From a virus (Duplodnaviria > Caudoviricetes): a stretch of DNA of 33,886 nucleotides. A model generated the notes under the pieces. The model was given only the letters and a program-made list of their open reading frames with translations. It did no database searches and had not been told where the DNA came from. The stretch covers positions 1 through 33,886 of IMG/VR virus record IMGVR_UViG_3300043652_000019. One strand, given 5' to 3'. The translations under genes were made by a program, and so were the position numbers. The stretch's first letter is position 1. Each line of letters opens with the position of its first letter. Of this stretch, positions 18,458-27,353 are shown piece after piece.

Positions 18458-19168
18458 CTACGGCCAGTTGATTGTGGTGGTGCGGGCGCGGCGCTCGTTG
18501 CGCTTGCGCTCCACGTTCGCATCGGGCCGTAGCCCGAAGCTCTGTTCGAATCGCGCCAGCGCGAGCCGTGCGCGGCTGTCGTCGTTTTCCTCGCCATCCT
18601 TGTCGTCGTAGGCGCGAAACAGCGCCCAGTCGATGAGGCGCTCGTGCCACTTGCCTTCGATCGCGGGCTCGTCGCTCGGGGTGTCCATCTGCTCGTCGTC
18701 AGTCGGGATGCGATAGACCGACAGGTTCAGCGTGTCCGCCTCGGCCGGTATCGGTACCAGTTGAAGGCGCCGCCCGTCCTGCACGTAATACACGGGCGAG
18801 CCCTTGCGCGTGCGCCAGTTGCGCCCCCACAGCGATGCGCAGCTGACGCGGTGCGCGTGGCGCGGCGGCCCGACGGAGCCGCGATCGAGCGCGCTCTGGT
18901 CGGTGCCTTCCAGAATCGTCTGCCGCGCCGTCAGCCACGCGGCGGCGATCCTGTCGATGCATGGATCGAGCGTGTAGACCGCCTGATCGGCGCTGATCGG
19001 GATGGTGCAAAAGCTCGACGTGGTGTCGAATATCAGGCGGGCCCGTATGCAGGCCTCGGCCGTCGCTTCGTTGAACCACGCTCGCACGGTGTCGCTGTCG
19101 CTGAAGTACGGCGCCACCGCGTCATCGGCGCGCTTTCGAAAGCGCGCCTCGAGCTCACAGAACTCCAT
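18458..19168 (-). CDS. Head-tail adaptor protein, 236 aa
   Basis: FRKRADD...FSD...WFNEA..EAC.RARLI and LIDWALFRAY motifs of podovirus adaptors; position after the head genes. Confidence 0.75.
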   Translation of the reverse strand: MEFCELEARFRKRADDAVAPYFSDSDTVRAWFNEATAEACIRARLIFDTTSSFCTIPISADQAVYTLDPCIDRIAAAWLTARQTILEGTDQSALDRGSVGPPRHAHRVSCASLWGRNWRTRKGSPVYYVQDGRRLQLVPIPAEADTLNLSVYRIPTDDEQMDTPSDEPAIEGKWHERLIDWALFRAYDDKDGEENDDSRARLALARFEQSFGLRPDANVERKRNERRARTTTINWP

Positions 19169-19554
19169 CAGCCGGCGGTCTCGGCGCTGGACTTGTCGAG
19201 GTCGGCCCAGACCTGCTGCATCTGCTCGCGATCGACAGTGAAGCCGCAGCGGGCCGACAGCTTGTTGAGGTTCGGCACGCCGGCGTTGGTGAAATTGGTC
19301 GGATCGTCCTCGCCGAGCATCGCGATGATGGCCTTCCTGATCTCGGCTTCCTGGCTGAACGGCGGATCGGCGGATTCGTTCGACGCGTTGATGCTGTCCG
19401 CCGTCATGTTGTCGGTGATGGCGCCGGCTGCGATTGCTGGCTTGTGCAGGATCGGCGGCAGTTCGCGCCAGTCCGGGCCGATGCGCGCAGCGTGGCCGAA
19501 GATCGTGGTCACGTGCAGCACGTTGTCGGTCGGACTCCTGAATCGAAGTTCCAT
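19168..19554 (-). CDS. Hypothetical head-region protein, 128 aa
   Basis: C-terminal FTNAGVPNLNKLSARCGF motif recurrent in phage head operons; AGGA RBS. Confidence 0.65.
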   Translation of the reverse strand: MELRFRSPTDNVLHVTTIFGHAARIGPDWRELPPILHKPAIAAGAITDNMTADSINASNESADPPFSQEAEIRKAIIAMLGEDDPTNFTNAGVPNLNKLSARCGFTVDREQMQQVWADLDKSSAETAG

Positions 19555-19576
19555 TGGCGTAGTCCTGGTGGGTTGG

Positions 19577-19610
19577 AAAAGAAAAAAGGCGCCCCGAAGG
19601 GCGCCTTTTC
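19577..19610 (-). terminator. Intrinsic terminator after the capsid and decoration genes
   Basis: Minus strand AAAAGGCGCCC-TTCG-GGGCGCCTTTTTTCTTTT: perfect stem, cUUCGg loop, U-tract. Confidence 0.9.
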
Positions 19611-19632
19611 AGTTCAACGTGGCGAAGGGGTG

Positions 19633-20025
19633 TCAGTCCTGCGTCGCGTCGGAGCCGCCAGCGATCGCGTATTCCACGTACAGACCGTACGTGCCTTCTG
19701 TGACCGCACCCACCGCGGTGCGCTTCAGGCCCACCACGGTGCGCGCTGCCGTCAGCGTCGCCGGCAGCGTGAGTGCCGTGCGCCCCGCCGCCGTCGAGTC
19801 GGCGACGGAGCCATACGCGGTGTTGTTCGCCGCGGTGCCGATGGCCACCACCTCGCTGGTCACCGCATCCGATGCGGTGAGCACCAGGGCCTCGCCTCCG
19901 ATGATCAGGGCACCGGGCGGCAAGGCGATGAGGCCCTCGAACGTGCCGCTGGGCAGGTCGCCGAAATCCACTTCGACGTACTGCGCGCGGATCTTCTGTA
20001 CTGCGCCTTTGTACTTGACAGTCAT
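19633..20025 (-). CDS. Capsid decoration/cement protein, 130 aa
   Basis: Directly after the MCP and before the terminator; LPPGALIIGG...GLYVEY pattern; GAGG RBS. Confidence 0.7.
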   Translation of the reverse strand: MTVKYKGAVQKIRAQYVEVDFGDLPSGTFEGLIALPPGALIIGGEALVLTASDAVTSEVVAIGTAANNTAYGSVADSTAAGRTALTLPATLTAARTVVGLKRTAVGAVTEGTYGLYVEYAIAGGSDATQD

Positions 20026-20064
20026 GGTCGTGTTACCTCGTTTGGGGTCGGTCGATCAGGCCGA

Positions 20065-21174
20065 TCAGATGGCGTGGTCGAGGGCGATGACGCCGAAGTC
20101 TTCGACCGACTTGTCGTACACCGAGTAGAACTTCGGCTTCAGCAGGCCGCCCATGTGCTCGATGCAGATGGACTGCCTGCGCTTGTGGTCGATCAGTTCC
20201 TCTTCCATCTGGGGAACCTCGAGATCGGCCAGGCCGAGGGCCTGCGCACCTAGCAGCAGCGAACGCGTTCCGTCGACGAGGCCAGAGGCACCCCACTTCG
20301 AACCGCTTGCCGCGCCCTTCGTGTTGAACACGGAGTTGTGCGTGGCGATGATCGCGCCGTCGAAGGTGATGGTGGCTCCGGTGAAGACCGGGCTGTCCGC
20401 CGAACGCGGCATGCCCTGGACGACGGCCGTGCGGAAGTCGCTGTCCTTCTTCAGAGCGCCGTACGTGCGCGGGTGCACCAGGAACAGGTAGTAATCCTGT
20501 CCGCTCAGGCGCAGCGGCGGCAGACGACGCGAGCGCGCCTCGGTCATCGCGTCGATGATCATGCCGTACTTCGGCACGAACGCCGTGGTGATGACCGTGT
20601 TGTCGCCCGCGGCGAGCGCGGTGCCGGTCCAGTTGAAGTGCCGGTTCGTGGTCGGGGCGGCCACGTCGGACGCGAACACGAGCGCCGAGAGGTCGTCCTG
20701 GCCAGGCAGCGGGACACGCGTGCTGCCGTCACAGTTCAGGCCGTAGCTTATGCCCGATGCCGTGAGGAAGTGCAGTTCGTCCCAGGTCTGCGCGTCGACG
20801 CGCGCGAGGCGGTCACGGGCTTCCGTGCGGAAGTCGTCGACTGAGCCCTGATCGTCCAGCCGGCCCTTGTTCTCGACCGCGTTGGATATCTGGTCGATGT
20901 TCACCTGCTGCCAGTACGTCTGCAGCTTGGCCTGGCGCCCCATGACCTCGCCATCGCCGATGATGCCGCCGGTCGGCAGGTCGGCGATCAGGCGCAGCAT
21001 CGCGCCCGTGGTACCACGGTCGTTCTTGGTGATCTCGGTGATGCGTTCCACAACGCCCGAGCCGTTGCTGCCCTGGTAGTTCTTCCAGAACAGGTTGTCG
21101 CGATAGGCCTTGTAGGCCTTGTGCCGCCAGTTGAGGATCTGGGTCGGCTTTTGTGCGCCGAAGTCGGTCTGCAT
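20065..21174 (-). CDS. Major capsid protein (N4-gp56/DUF4043 type), 369 aa
   Basis: VERITEITK...LIADL..GGIIGD, YYLFLVHP, SPVFTG...DG, RSLLLGAQALG.AD, GLLKPKF, EDFGVIALD. Confidence 0.9.
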   Translation of the reverse strand: MQTDFGAQKPTQILNWRHKAYKAYRDNLFWKNYQGSNGSGVVERITEITKNDRGTTGAMLRLIADLPTGGIIGDGEVMGRQAKLQTYWQQVNIDQISNAVENKGRLDDQGSVDDFRTEARDRLARVDAQTWDELHFLTASGISYGLNCDGSTRVPLPGQDDLSALVFASDVAAPTTNRHFNWTGTALAAGDNTVITTAFVPKYGMIIDAMTEARSRRLPPLRLSGQDYYLFLVHPRTYGALKKDSDFRTAVVQGMPRSADSPVFTGATITFDGAIIATHNSVFNTKGAASGSKWGASGLVDGTRSLLLGAQALGLADLEVPQMEEELIDHKRRQSICIEHMGGLLKPKFYSVYDKSVEDFGVIALDHAI

Positions 21175-21370
21175 GGTCGTGATCCTTTGAGCTGTGGAAA
21201 AAAGGGTCGACCGCTGCGCGGGTCAAGCGAGGAACATGGCCGTGACGGGGCCAAGCGCCGTGCCTACTGGCAAAGCACGCACAGATAACGCTGGTGTGTG
21301 GCAGCGAATGAAGAGCGCCGTGCTCGGCGAGCGAGCCGCGTTGGACGCCGCGGCTGGCGTGTATCTCGGG
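21175..21370 (-). promoter_or_regulatory. Structured 5' leader of the capsid gene
   Basis: Non-coding gap of about 196 nt with serial hairpins whose loops match downstream sequence, plus a final hairpin and T6 tract (see findings). Confidence 0.5.
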
Positions 21371-22297
21371 TCAGGCTGTGAACGCTTTGTCGCGTTCGGC
21401 CTCGGGGACCTTGCCCCACTTTTCGTTGTCCTTCACGCTCGCGGTCAGGCGCTGCACGCCGGGCGTGCGCGAGCCGTTGCCGGCGCCGGCCAGCGGCGGC
21501 GGCTGGCGCGTTTCAGCGGCCCCCGCGTCGATGCGTGCTTTGGCCCTGCGAGCCGCGGCGAGCTCGTCCGCCGTCTTTGGGTCTTTCGGCGTGGCGAAGT
21601 CCGGCGCGATCGCGGCGACCGCCAGGCGCAGCGCCTTGGTCGGCGCGACCCCGGTCGCGATGAGTTCATCGCGCTCGGCGAGCACGGCCTTGATCGCCGC
21701 TTCGTTCTTGCCCTCGGAGGTGTGATCGAGGAACGGGTACTTCTCGTACGCCTTCGCCGCTTCCTGATTCAGGTCGCGCGCGAGCCGCTCGCTGGCGATG
21801 ATGTTGCGCTCACTGGTCAGCTGCTCGACCAGCGGCAGCACTTCCTTCTTCGCGTCGTATTTCGCTTCTTCGCGGATCAGCTTGCGCTCTGCCGTGCGGA
21901 ACTCGGCGTCTTCGATCTCGCCGGCATCGAACTTGGCCTGCAGCGCGCTGAATTCGGCTTCGAAGTCGCGCGGCTTCTCGACCTCCTGCGCGACCGCTGC
22001 CGCCGCCGGCTGCTTCTGGCTGGCCTCGACCAGCGCGAGCAGGCGCTCGTTCTGTTCGCGCAGCGCGTTGCGGTCCTCGATGACTTCGTTGAAGCGCGCC
22101 TTTGGGATACCGCGGCGGCCGGCTTCGTCGTCCTCGGCAACCGCAGCCAATGCGGCGGCGTCGAGTTCATCGGTGCCTGCGGCGTCGGCCGCGGCGTCAT
22201 CGGCTTCGGCGGCATCATCGACCGCAGCGTCCTTGATCACATCGGGTATCGGTGCCGCGTCGTCTTTCGGCACGGCGTTGGTCAGTTCGTCGGTCAC
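21371..22297 (-). CDS. Capsid scaffolding protein, 308 aa
   Basis: Acidic N-terminus, IPKARFNEVI motif, coiled coil, KYPFLD, QPPPL; lies between portal and MCP; GGAG RBS. Confidence 0.8.
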   Translation of the reverse strand: MTDELTNAVPKDDAAPIPDVIKDAAVDDAAEADDAAADAAGTDELDAAALAAVAEDDEAGRRGIPKARFNEVIEDRNALREQNERLLALVEASQKQPAAAAVAQEVEKPRDFEAEFSALQAKFDAGEIEDAEFRTAERKLIREEAKYDAKKEVLPLVEQLTSERNIIASERLARDLNQEAAKAYEKYPFLDHTSEGKNEAAIKAVLAERDELIATGVAPTKALRLAVAAIAPDFATPKDPKTADELAAARRAKARIDAGAAETRQPPPLAGAGNGSRTPGVQRLTASVKDNEKWGKVPEAERDKAFTA

Positions 22298-22322
22298 GTT
22301 GCTTCTCCGCGGTGGGTGTGCG

Positions 22323-22559
22323 TCATTCGCCCTTGGAAACCTTGGCCATGTGCGCGAGGTGGGTCTTGGCCATCGCCTTGGCCTTCCCGTGCCGGGCCTT
22401 GTCGGACTTGATCTTGTTCGCCTCGATCAGGGTCATCATGTCGGCGCGTGTCTTGTAGTCGTCCGCGTCCGGCTCCGACGCAGCCGATGCGCCGACCGAT
22501 CCGCCAGCGGGTGCGCCGGTGTTCTTGGGCATGGCGGACAGCGACATGGTCGGTTTCAT
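22323..22559 (-). CDS. Small basic head-region protein, 78 aa
   Basis: ATGA overlap with the portal stop; DYKTRADMMTLIEANKIKSD helix. Confidence 0.65.
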   Translation of the reverse strand: MKPTMSLSAMPKNTGAPAGGSVGASAASEPDADDYKTRADMMTLIEANKIKSDKARHGKAKAMAKTHLAHMAKVSKGE

Positions 22560-24742
22560 GCGGGTAGCTCCGGGCTTTCGATGCCGGCGTTCACACCGAC
22601 ATCGGGGTGCGGTGGCGTCAGCGGGTTCGTGCTTTCCGGCGCAGGCGGCGCTGGGAGCTGCGCGCCTGCGGGTACGTTCGGAACGATCGGCGCGGCATCC
22701 TTGTCCTGGAAGCCAGCGGAGCGCAGAAGCTCGTCGGCGAGGGGTGCAATCGCCGGCATGGCCGCGACTTCAGCGGCGGCGCGCACGGCAGAGAACATGC
22801 CCGTGACGGAACTCTCGACCGTGTCGGCGCGCAGCTTCTCTGCGGTCGCGGCGGCGACCTCTGCCGAAGCTCCCAGCTGCCGCTGCTTGGCCGTCTCCGT
22901 TCCGACCCTCGCCTCGGTGAGTGGATCGGGCCTCGGCGCGGCGTCCTGCATTGCCTTGACCACCTCGGCCTTGTCGGCCAGGTTCGAATAGCGGATCACG
23001 ATGGCGTCGGGGATGGCGACTGGCGGGTTCATCCCGCGCATCGCCTTCACTTGTTCAAACTGGCTGTTGTCGAACGTGATCTGCATCGGCTGTTCGGAGA
23101 TCACGACGTCGTAGTCGCCGATGGTCAGGTCGTTCAGCACGGAGCCGTCCGCCTGGACCTGGTTGACCACCACGTCGGTGCTCTGCTGCTCGCCGAACGC
23201 GCTCATCTGTGTGATGCGGAACTTGCGCTCGTCGGTGTAATAGGCTTGGATCAACTTGATCAGACGCGTGGCGAGCAGATTGCGTGTGCGCGCGAGGTTG
23301 TCCAGCGGCATCGCCAGCGCCTGCTGGGCCGCGAACTGTCGGCTCTGGATCGCGATGCCGCTCATGTCCTGCTGCCCGGTGCCGAGCATCGACTCGTTCA
23401 CGCCGGTCACCGACTTGATGTTCTGCTTGGCGGTCTCGATCAGTTGCACGATGCCCTGCGGCACCTGGTTCGGCTGAATCTTGGCCGGTGGCTTGCTGCC
23501 GGCCGCATGCTCGATGACCAGGCCGGTTTTCGCGCCGACCTCTTCGAGGTCATCGGTGTCCATGTTCGTCAGCGAGTCCTGCTCCACGGTCCAACCGGAG
23601 TTCGCTGTCGAATTGACGATGTGCAGTGCCTGCGAGATGCCCTTGTTCAGCGTCTCCTGCGGGCTGATGGCGTTGTCCACCATGCCGCGCGTGCGGCCGC
23701 GGCGGAAATACGGGAAGTACGGGATGATCGTGAAGTGCTTGTACGGCGACCACTCGTCGAACAGCAGCACGTCGCACGACGACACGGTCCAGCGCACGCG
23801 CTTCATCCGCCGGCGCGAAATCACTACGCGCTGGGTGCTCAGCGCGGCGTTTTCTTCCGTGCTGATGTCGTCAATCTGCTTGACGTCACCGGTCGGGTAG
23901 ATCGCGACCTGCGCCATCTGGTAGCGGTGGTGCTGGCGATCGACCACGCGATAGCGGCGCGTCGAGCCGTCGACCATTTGCGCATCCCACGCGTCGGCGA
24001 TCGTCGTGTTGTCGCCGAAGCGCGCGCGCTGCACGCCGTCGTCGCTTCCGCCGTCACCGAAGTCGCTCTCGCTGGCGCGGCCGTAGGCCTCGAGCGCGTT
24101 CTGCGCTTCCTGGCCGTACATCATTCCGATCTCGTCGGCGGTCATCCAGCGCGTGACGATCACGTCCAGCCAGTCGTCAGGGTCGTAGCTCTTCGCGTCC
24201 GGGTCAGGGATGACGTCCATCGGATCGAGCGTGGCCAGGCAGATTTCACCCTGCATCTGCTCGTTTGCCGACACGCGCAGGTCGTAGTAGCCGCGCTGTT
24301 CGATCAGGCCATCGCCGAACTGCTGCGTCTCGTGCCAGCGGAACTTCACCTGGTCGAGAATCTGCTTGGTGATGAGGTTCAGCGCCTTCGACGTCTGCTC
24401 GTCAGCACCCTGTCCCCGCGGTACGTACTGCACGTCCATGCGGTTGCCGATCTGATATCCGATCGCTGCATTGACCGCGCCGAGGATCTCGTTCACTTCC
24501 GACGCGGGGCGCCCTTCGGCGAGCAGCGCCTCGCGAACAGCTGGATCCCACTGCAGGCCACCACCGAGGTAGAAATCCTCGTTCCGCCGCGCGACCTGGC
24601 AGTAGTCGGAGTGACCACGCCCGCGCACGTACTCGTAGCGGCGGAAGTTCTCGCGTGCGATTTCAGACGGGTCGCTGCGCTGCGCTGACTGGGTGGCGGC
24701 ATTCGGGTCGATCGGCCCGGGGGTTGCCGGCAGCGGTGTCAT
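22556..24742 (-). CDS. Portal protein (P22/933W-like), 728 aa
   Basis: FYLGGGLQW, NEILGAVN, DPDAKSYDPDDW, PYFPYFRRG.TRGMVD, SPQETLNK, SGIAIQSRQ, NDLTIGDYDVVI. Confidence 0.92.
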   Translation of the reverse strand: MTPLPATPGPIDPNAATQSAQRSDPSEIARENFRRYEYVRGRGHSDYCQVARRNEDFYLGGGLQWDPAVREALLAEGRPASEVNEILGAVNAAIGYQIGNRMDVQYVPRGQGADEQTSKALNLITKQILDQVKFRWHETQQFGDGLIEQRGYYDLRVSANEQMQGEICLATLDPMDVIPDPDAKSYDPDDWLDVIVTRWMTADEIGMMYGQEAQNALEAYGRASESDFGDGGSDDGVQRARFGDNTTIADAWDAQMVDGSTRRYRVVDRQHHRYQMAQVAIYPTGDVKQIDDISTEENAALSTQRVVISRRRMKRVRWTVSSCDVLLFDEWSPYKHFTIIPYFPYFRRGRTRGMVDNAISPQETLNKGISQALHIVNSTANSGWTVEQDSLTNMDTDDLEEVGAKTGLVIEHAAGSKPPAKIQPNQVPQGIVQLIETAKQNIKSVTGVNESMLGTGQQDMSGIAIQSRQFAAQQALAMPLDNLARTRNLLATRLIKLIQAYYTDERKFRITQMSAFGEQQSTDVVVNQVQADGSVLNDLTIGDYDVVISEQPMQITFDNSQFEQVKAMRGMNPPVAIPDAIVIRYSNLADKAEVVKAMQDAAPRPDPLTEARVGTETAKQRQLGASAEVAAATAEKLRADTVESSVTGMFSAVRAAAEVAAMPAIAPLADELLRSAGFQDKDAAPIVPNVPAGAQLPAPPAPESTNPLTPPHPDVGVNAGIESPELPA

Positions 24743-24764
24743 TGCGTCAATGGGCAGGTATCCG

Positions 24765-26258
24765 TCAAGAGAGCATCGGGTTGCGCGTGCCGCGCTTCGC
24801 CGCCTTCAGGGCTTTCAGCTTGTGCTGCCACGCCGGCTGGTCTTCCTTGGTGCGCGCGGCGACGGGCGCGGCGAACGTGATCGCCAGCGCATCGCCGCTG
24901 TCCGGCGAAGCCATGCCGCGCGCTTTCATGTCTTCTTTCTTCTCGAGCTGCAGTCGACCGCGGTTGTCGAACCCGTATTCCGGCGCGCCGATGTCCGCGG
25001 CGAGTTCCTTGTCGTCGGGCAAGCACCCCGACTCGCTCAGCCAGTCGCGCATGCGCGCCCACAGTTCCATGCGGCGGTTGTAGTAGCGCGACTCAAGCTG
25101 CGCGGTCTCGCCGACCTGGATGGCGTGGATGTTCCGGTAGCCCAGCTGCCGAAGCCGATCGACGATGCCCCAGCCAATGCCGGTTGCGTCGATGAAGACC
25201 GCATCCGGGTTCCACTTCTCGATTTCCTCTGCAACCTCGTAGGCCAGCTGCATCAGATTGTCGAAGCGGTACCGCTGCGGCGGCAGGCACAGCACGCCCT
25301 GTCGCTTCAGGATCACGGACTGATCATCGCCGTGCCGCGCGACGTCCACGCCGATGACCCGCGGGCTGCTGCGATAGGTCAAGAGCTCGGCGGTCCGGGC
25401 CTTCGCCGTGGCAACAATGTCGGTGCCGATGAACTGGTTCGCGCCGGCGCGCGGGAATTCGCCCTTCACGCGAATGCGGACGAAGTCGCTGTCCTCGCCG
25501 TAATCGGCGATCCATTGCGCGATCTGCGCCTGGTTGGCGGCCTTCGCCTTGCGGCTGTCCACCTGCATGCGCTGCCAGCGCGCGCGGAACTGGCCCCAGC
25601 ATTCAGCGAACCGGCCATCGTTGCGGGTCGGGTTGCCGAATGCGAGCCACATCGCGCCGGGCGTGGTCATTGCGCCCTCGGTCACTTCCCAGATGCTGTC
25701 GGCGATAGCCGAGGCTTCATCGAATATGACCAGCACGTCGGTTTCGTGCGTGCCGGCGAACGCTTCTGAGTTGTGCTCGCTCCACGGAATCGCCGAGGCG
25801 AACCACGTCTGCGGGTAGTGCTGGTGCTTGAAGCTGGTGGCCGACCATTCGAACCACTGCCGGTTGATCGACAGCCGATGCCACTTGGCCAGCTCGCGCC
25901 ACGTCTTGGTGGTCAGCTGGTTCTTCGTGTTCGCTGTGACGACGACCTGCGGATTGATGCGCGTCGACATGAACCACAGGATGATCCACGCCACGAGCGC
26001 GGTCTTGCCGACGCCGTGACCGCTGGCTACCGCCAGCCTGATTGCCTCTCGCTGCGCTTCCTGCGACCAGCGCTCAGCGACGGCAGTGCCGATGCGGGTG
26101 AGCGCCTCGCACTGCCAGTCGTCAGGGCCCGTCTCGTCGGCGAGCGGCCCAGGCTCGCTCCAGGGGAACGCGTACCGGACGAACCCAAGCGGATCGGCGT
26201 AGAACGCGGCGATGTCATCGACCAGCGCCAATTCAGCCGGGCTAGCCGGCGCCTTCAC
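24765..26258 (-). CDS. terL: Terminase large subunit, about 497 aa
   Basis: Walker A ASGHGVGKT, Walker B VIFDEAS, motif III GNPTR, RNase H-like GVDVARHGDD, IDATGIG and SPDSGDALA. Likely GTG start at 26258. Confidence 0.95.
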   Translation of the reverse strand: MKAPASPAELALVDDIAAFYADPLGFVRYAFPWSEPGPLADETGPDDWQCEALTRIGTAVAERWSQEAQREAIRLAVASGHGVGKTALVAWIILWFMSTRINPQVVVTANTKNQLTTKTWRELAKWHRLSINRQWFEWSATSFKHQHYPQTWFASAIPWSEHNSEAFAGTHETDVLVIFDEASAIADSIWEVTEGAMTTPGAMWLAFGNPTRNDGRFAECWGQFRARWQRMQVDSRKAKAANQAQIAQWIADYGEDSDFVRIRVKGEFPRAGANQFIGTDIVATAKARTAELLTYRSSPRVIGVDVARHGDDQSVILKRQGVLCLPPQRYRFDNLMQLAYEVAEEIEKWNPDAVFIDATGIGWGIVDRLRQLGYRNIHAIQVGETAQLESRYYNRRMELWARMRDWLSESGCLPDDKELAADIGAPEYGFDNRGRLQLEKKEDMKARGMASPDSGDALAITFAAPVAARTKEDQPAWQHKLKALKAAKRGTRNPMLS

Positions 26259-27063
26259 GGGCGGCCCTCGCGCGCGCGGCGAGCATGCGCTCGACGATGC
26301 CATCGGGGTCAGTGAACTCGACCCGCTCCTTGAACAGTCCGAGGTGCTTTCCGACGTTGACCAGCATGCCCGTCTGGTCGTGCATCTTGATCTCGAGGCC
26401 GTGCTGCGTCGTCTTCACCCCGGCGTACAGCAGCTTTCCCGCTGGCGACAGATCGCGTGTGTCCTTCGGGAACGTGCGCTCCTGGCCCTCGCCGAAGCAC
26501 TCCGGGCACTCCGGGTTCGGGTCCTTGCGCGGATCGAAGCCCGTGCCGCCCTGCTGGTCGAACACCGACGACGGCTTCAGACCCTTGGCCTCGCTCGTCA
26601 ACACGTCGCGGTCGAACTGCGCGATAGCCTCGGCCATCTCGCTAGGCGTGCGCTGCCAGCGGTGGTTCTTTCCGTAGCAGAACCGGCAGCACGCGCGGCG
26701 CAATTCGATGAGCTCGTTCGGGTCCGCCGTCGCGATCGCCCAGAACCGCTCGAGCACGCGGTCGGCGGTGATCCCCGTTCGCTCCGAGCGTTCCTTCATC
26801 GCAGCGGCCACGAGGGCGGCCACGTCAGGCCGAGCCAGCAATTCCGAGGCGGTGCACCGGGCCGATTGCGGGCTGTAGCCGGCGCGTATTGCCGCCTGGC
26901 GCCCATTGAGATCGACCAGGTATTCCCTGACGAACACGCTGACCCGATCGACCGAATACGCGCCTTTCGTCGCCGGTTTCTTGGTTTTCGGCGACGTTTG
27001 GTTATGTCGGGGGTCTGCGACGGGCTTCCGGCGCGGCTTCCTCGGCGATTTCTTGGCACTCAT
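26242..27063 (-). CDS. terS: Terminase small subunit with Cys-rich insertion, 273 aa
   Basis: FVREYLVDLNGRQAAIRAGYS HTH motif; CRFCYG...PNPECPECFGEG insertion; KHLGLF; ATG at 27063. Confidence 0.92.
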   Translation of the reverse strand: MSAKKSPRKPRRKPVADPRHNQTSPKTKKPATKGAYSVDRVSVFVREYLVDLNGRQAAIRAGYSPQSARCTASELLARPDVAALVAAAMKERSERTGITADRVLERFWAIATADPNELIELRRACCRFCYGKNHRWQRTPSEMAEAIAQFDRDVLTSEAKGLKPSSVFDQQGGTGFDPRKDPNPECPECFGEGQERTFPKDTRDLSPAGKLLYAGVKTTQHGLEIKMHDQTGMLVNVGKHLGLFKERVEFTDPDGIVERMLAARARAAREGAG

Positions 27064-27176
27064 CCGGCAGCGAGGTCGAACGCTCGCATGGTGGCGTCGT
27101 AGCCGTAGCGCGCCATCGTGAGGGGATAGCCGAACAGCGCGGCGTTGATCGCCACGGCCAGTGCGGTGGGCTTCAC
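27060..27176 (-). CDS. 38-aa micro-ORF coupled to terS (absent from the ORF track)
   Basis: MKPTALAVAINAALFGYPLTMARYGYDATMRAFDLAAG; GTGA overlap upstream and ATGA overlap with terS. Confidence 0.55.
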   Translation of the reverse strand: MKPTALAVAINAALFGYPLTMARYGYDATMRAFDLAAG

Positions 27177-27352
27177 GAGCCGCGCTTGCCGCCGTTGTAG
27201 TTCGGTCCGCCCGGCGCTGCGCCCTTGGCGCGCGCGCGTTCACCGATAACGCCACCGGGCACGCCTTGCGCCTTCATCTGCGCCGCTCGGCCGCCATAGC
27301 CGAGTTTGTTGCTCTTGCCCTTGAAGCTGCCCGTCTTCTTCGTTGTCGCCAC
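27173..27352 (-). CDS. Small basic Gly/Lys-rich protein, 59 aa
   Basis: GTG at 27352 after GGAG; MATTKKTGSFKGKSNKLGYGGRAAQMKAQGVPGGVIG... Confidence 0.65.
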   Translation of the reverse strand: MATTKKTGSFKGKSNKLGYGGRAAQMKAQGVPGGVIGERARAKGAAPGGPNYNGGKRGS

Positions 27353-27353
27353 G

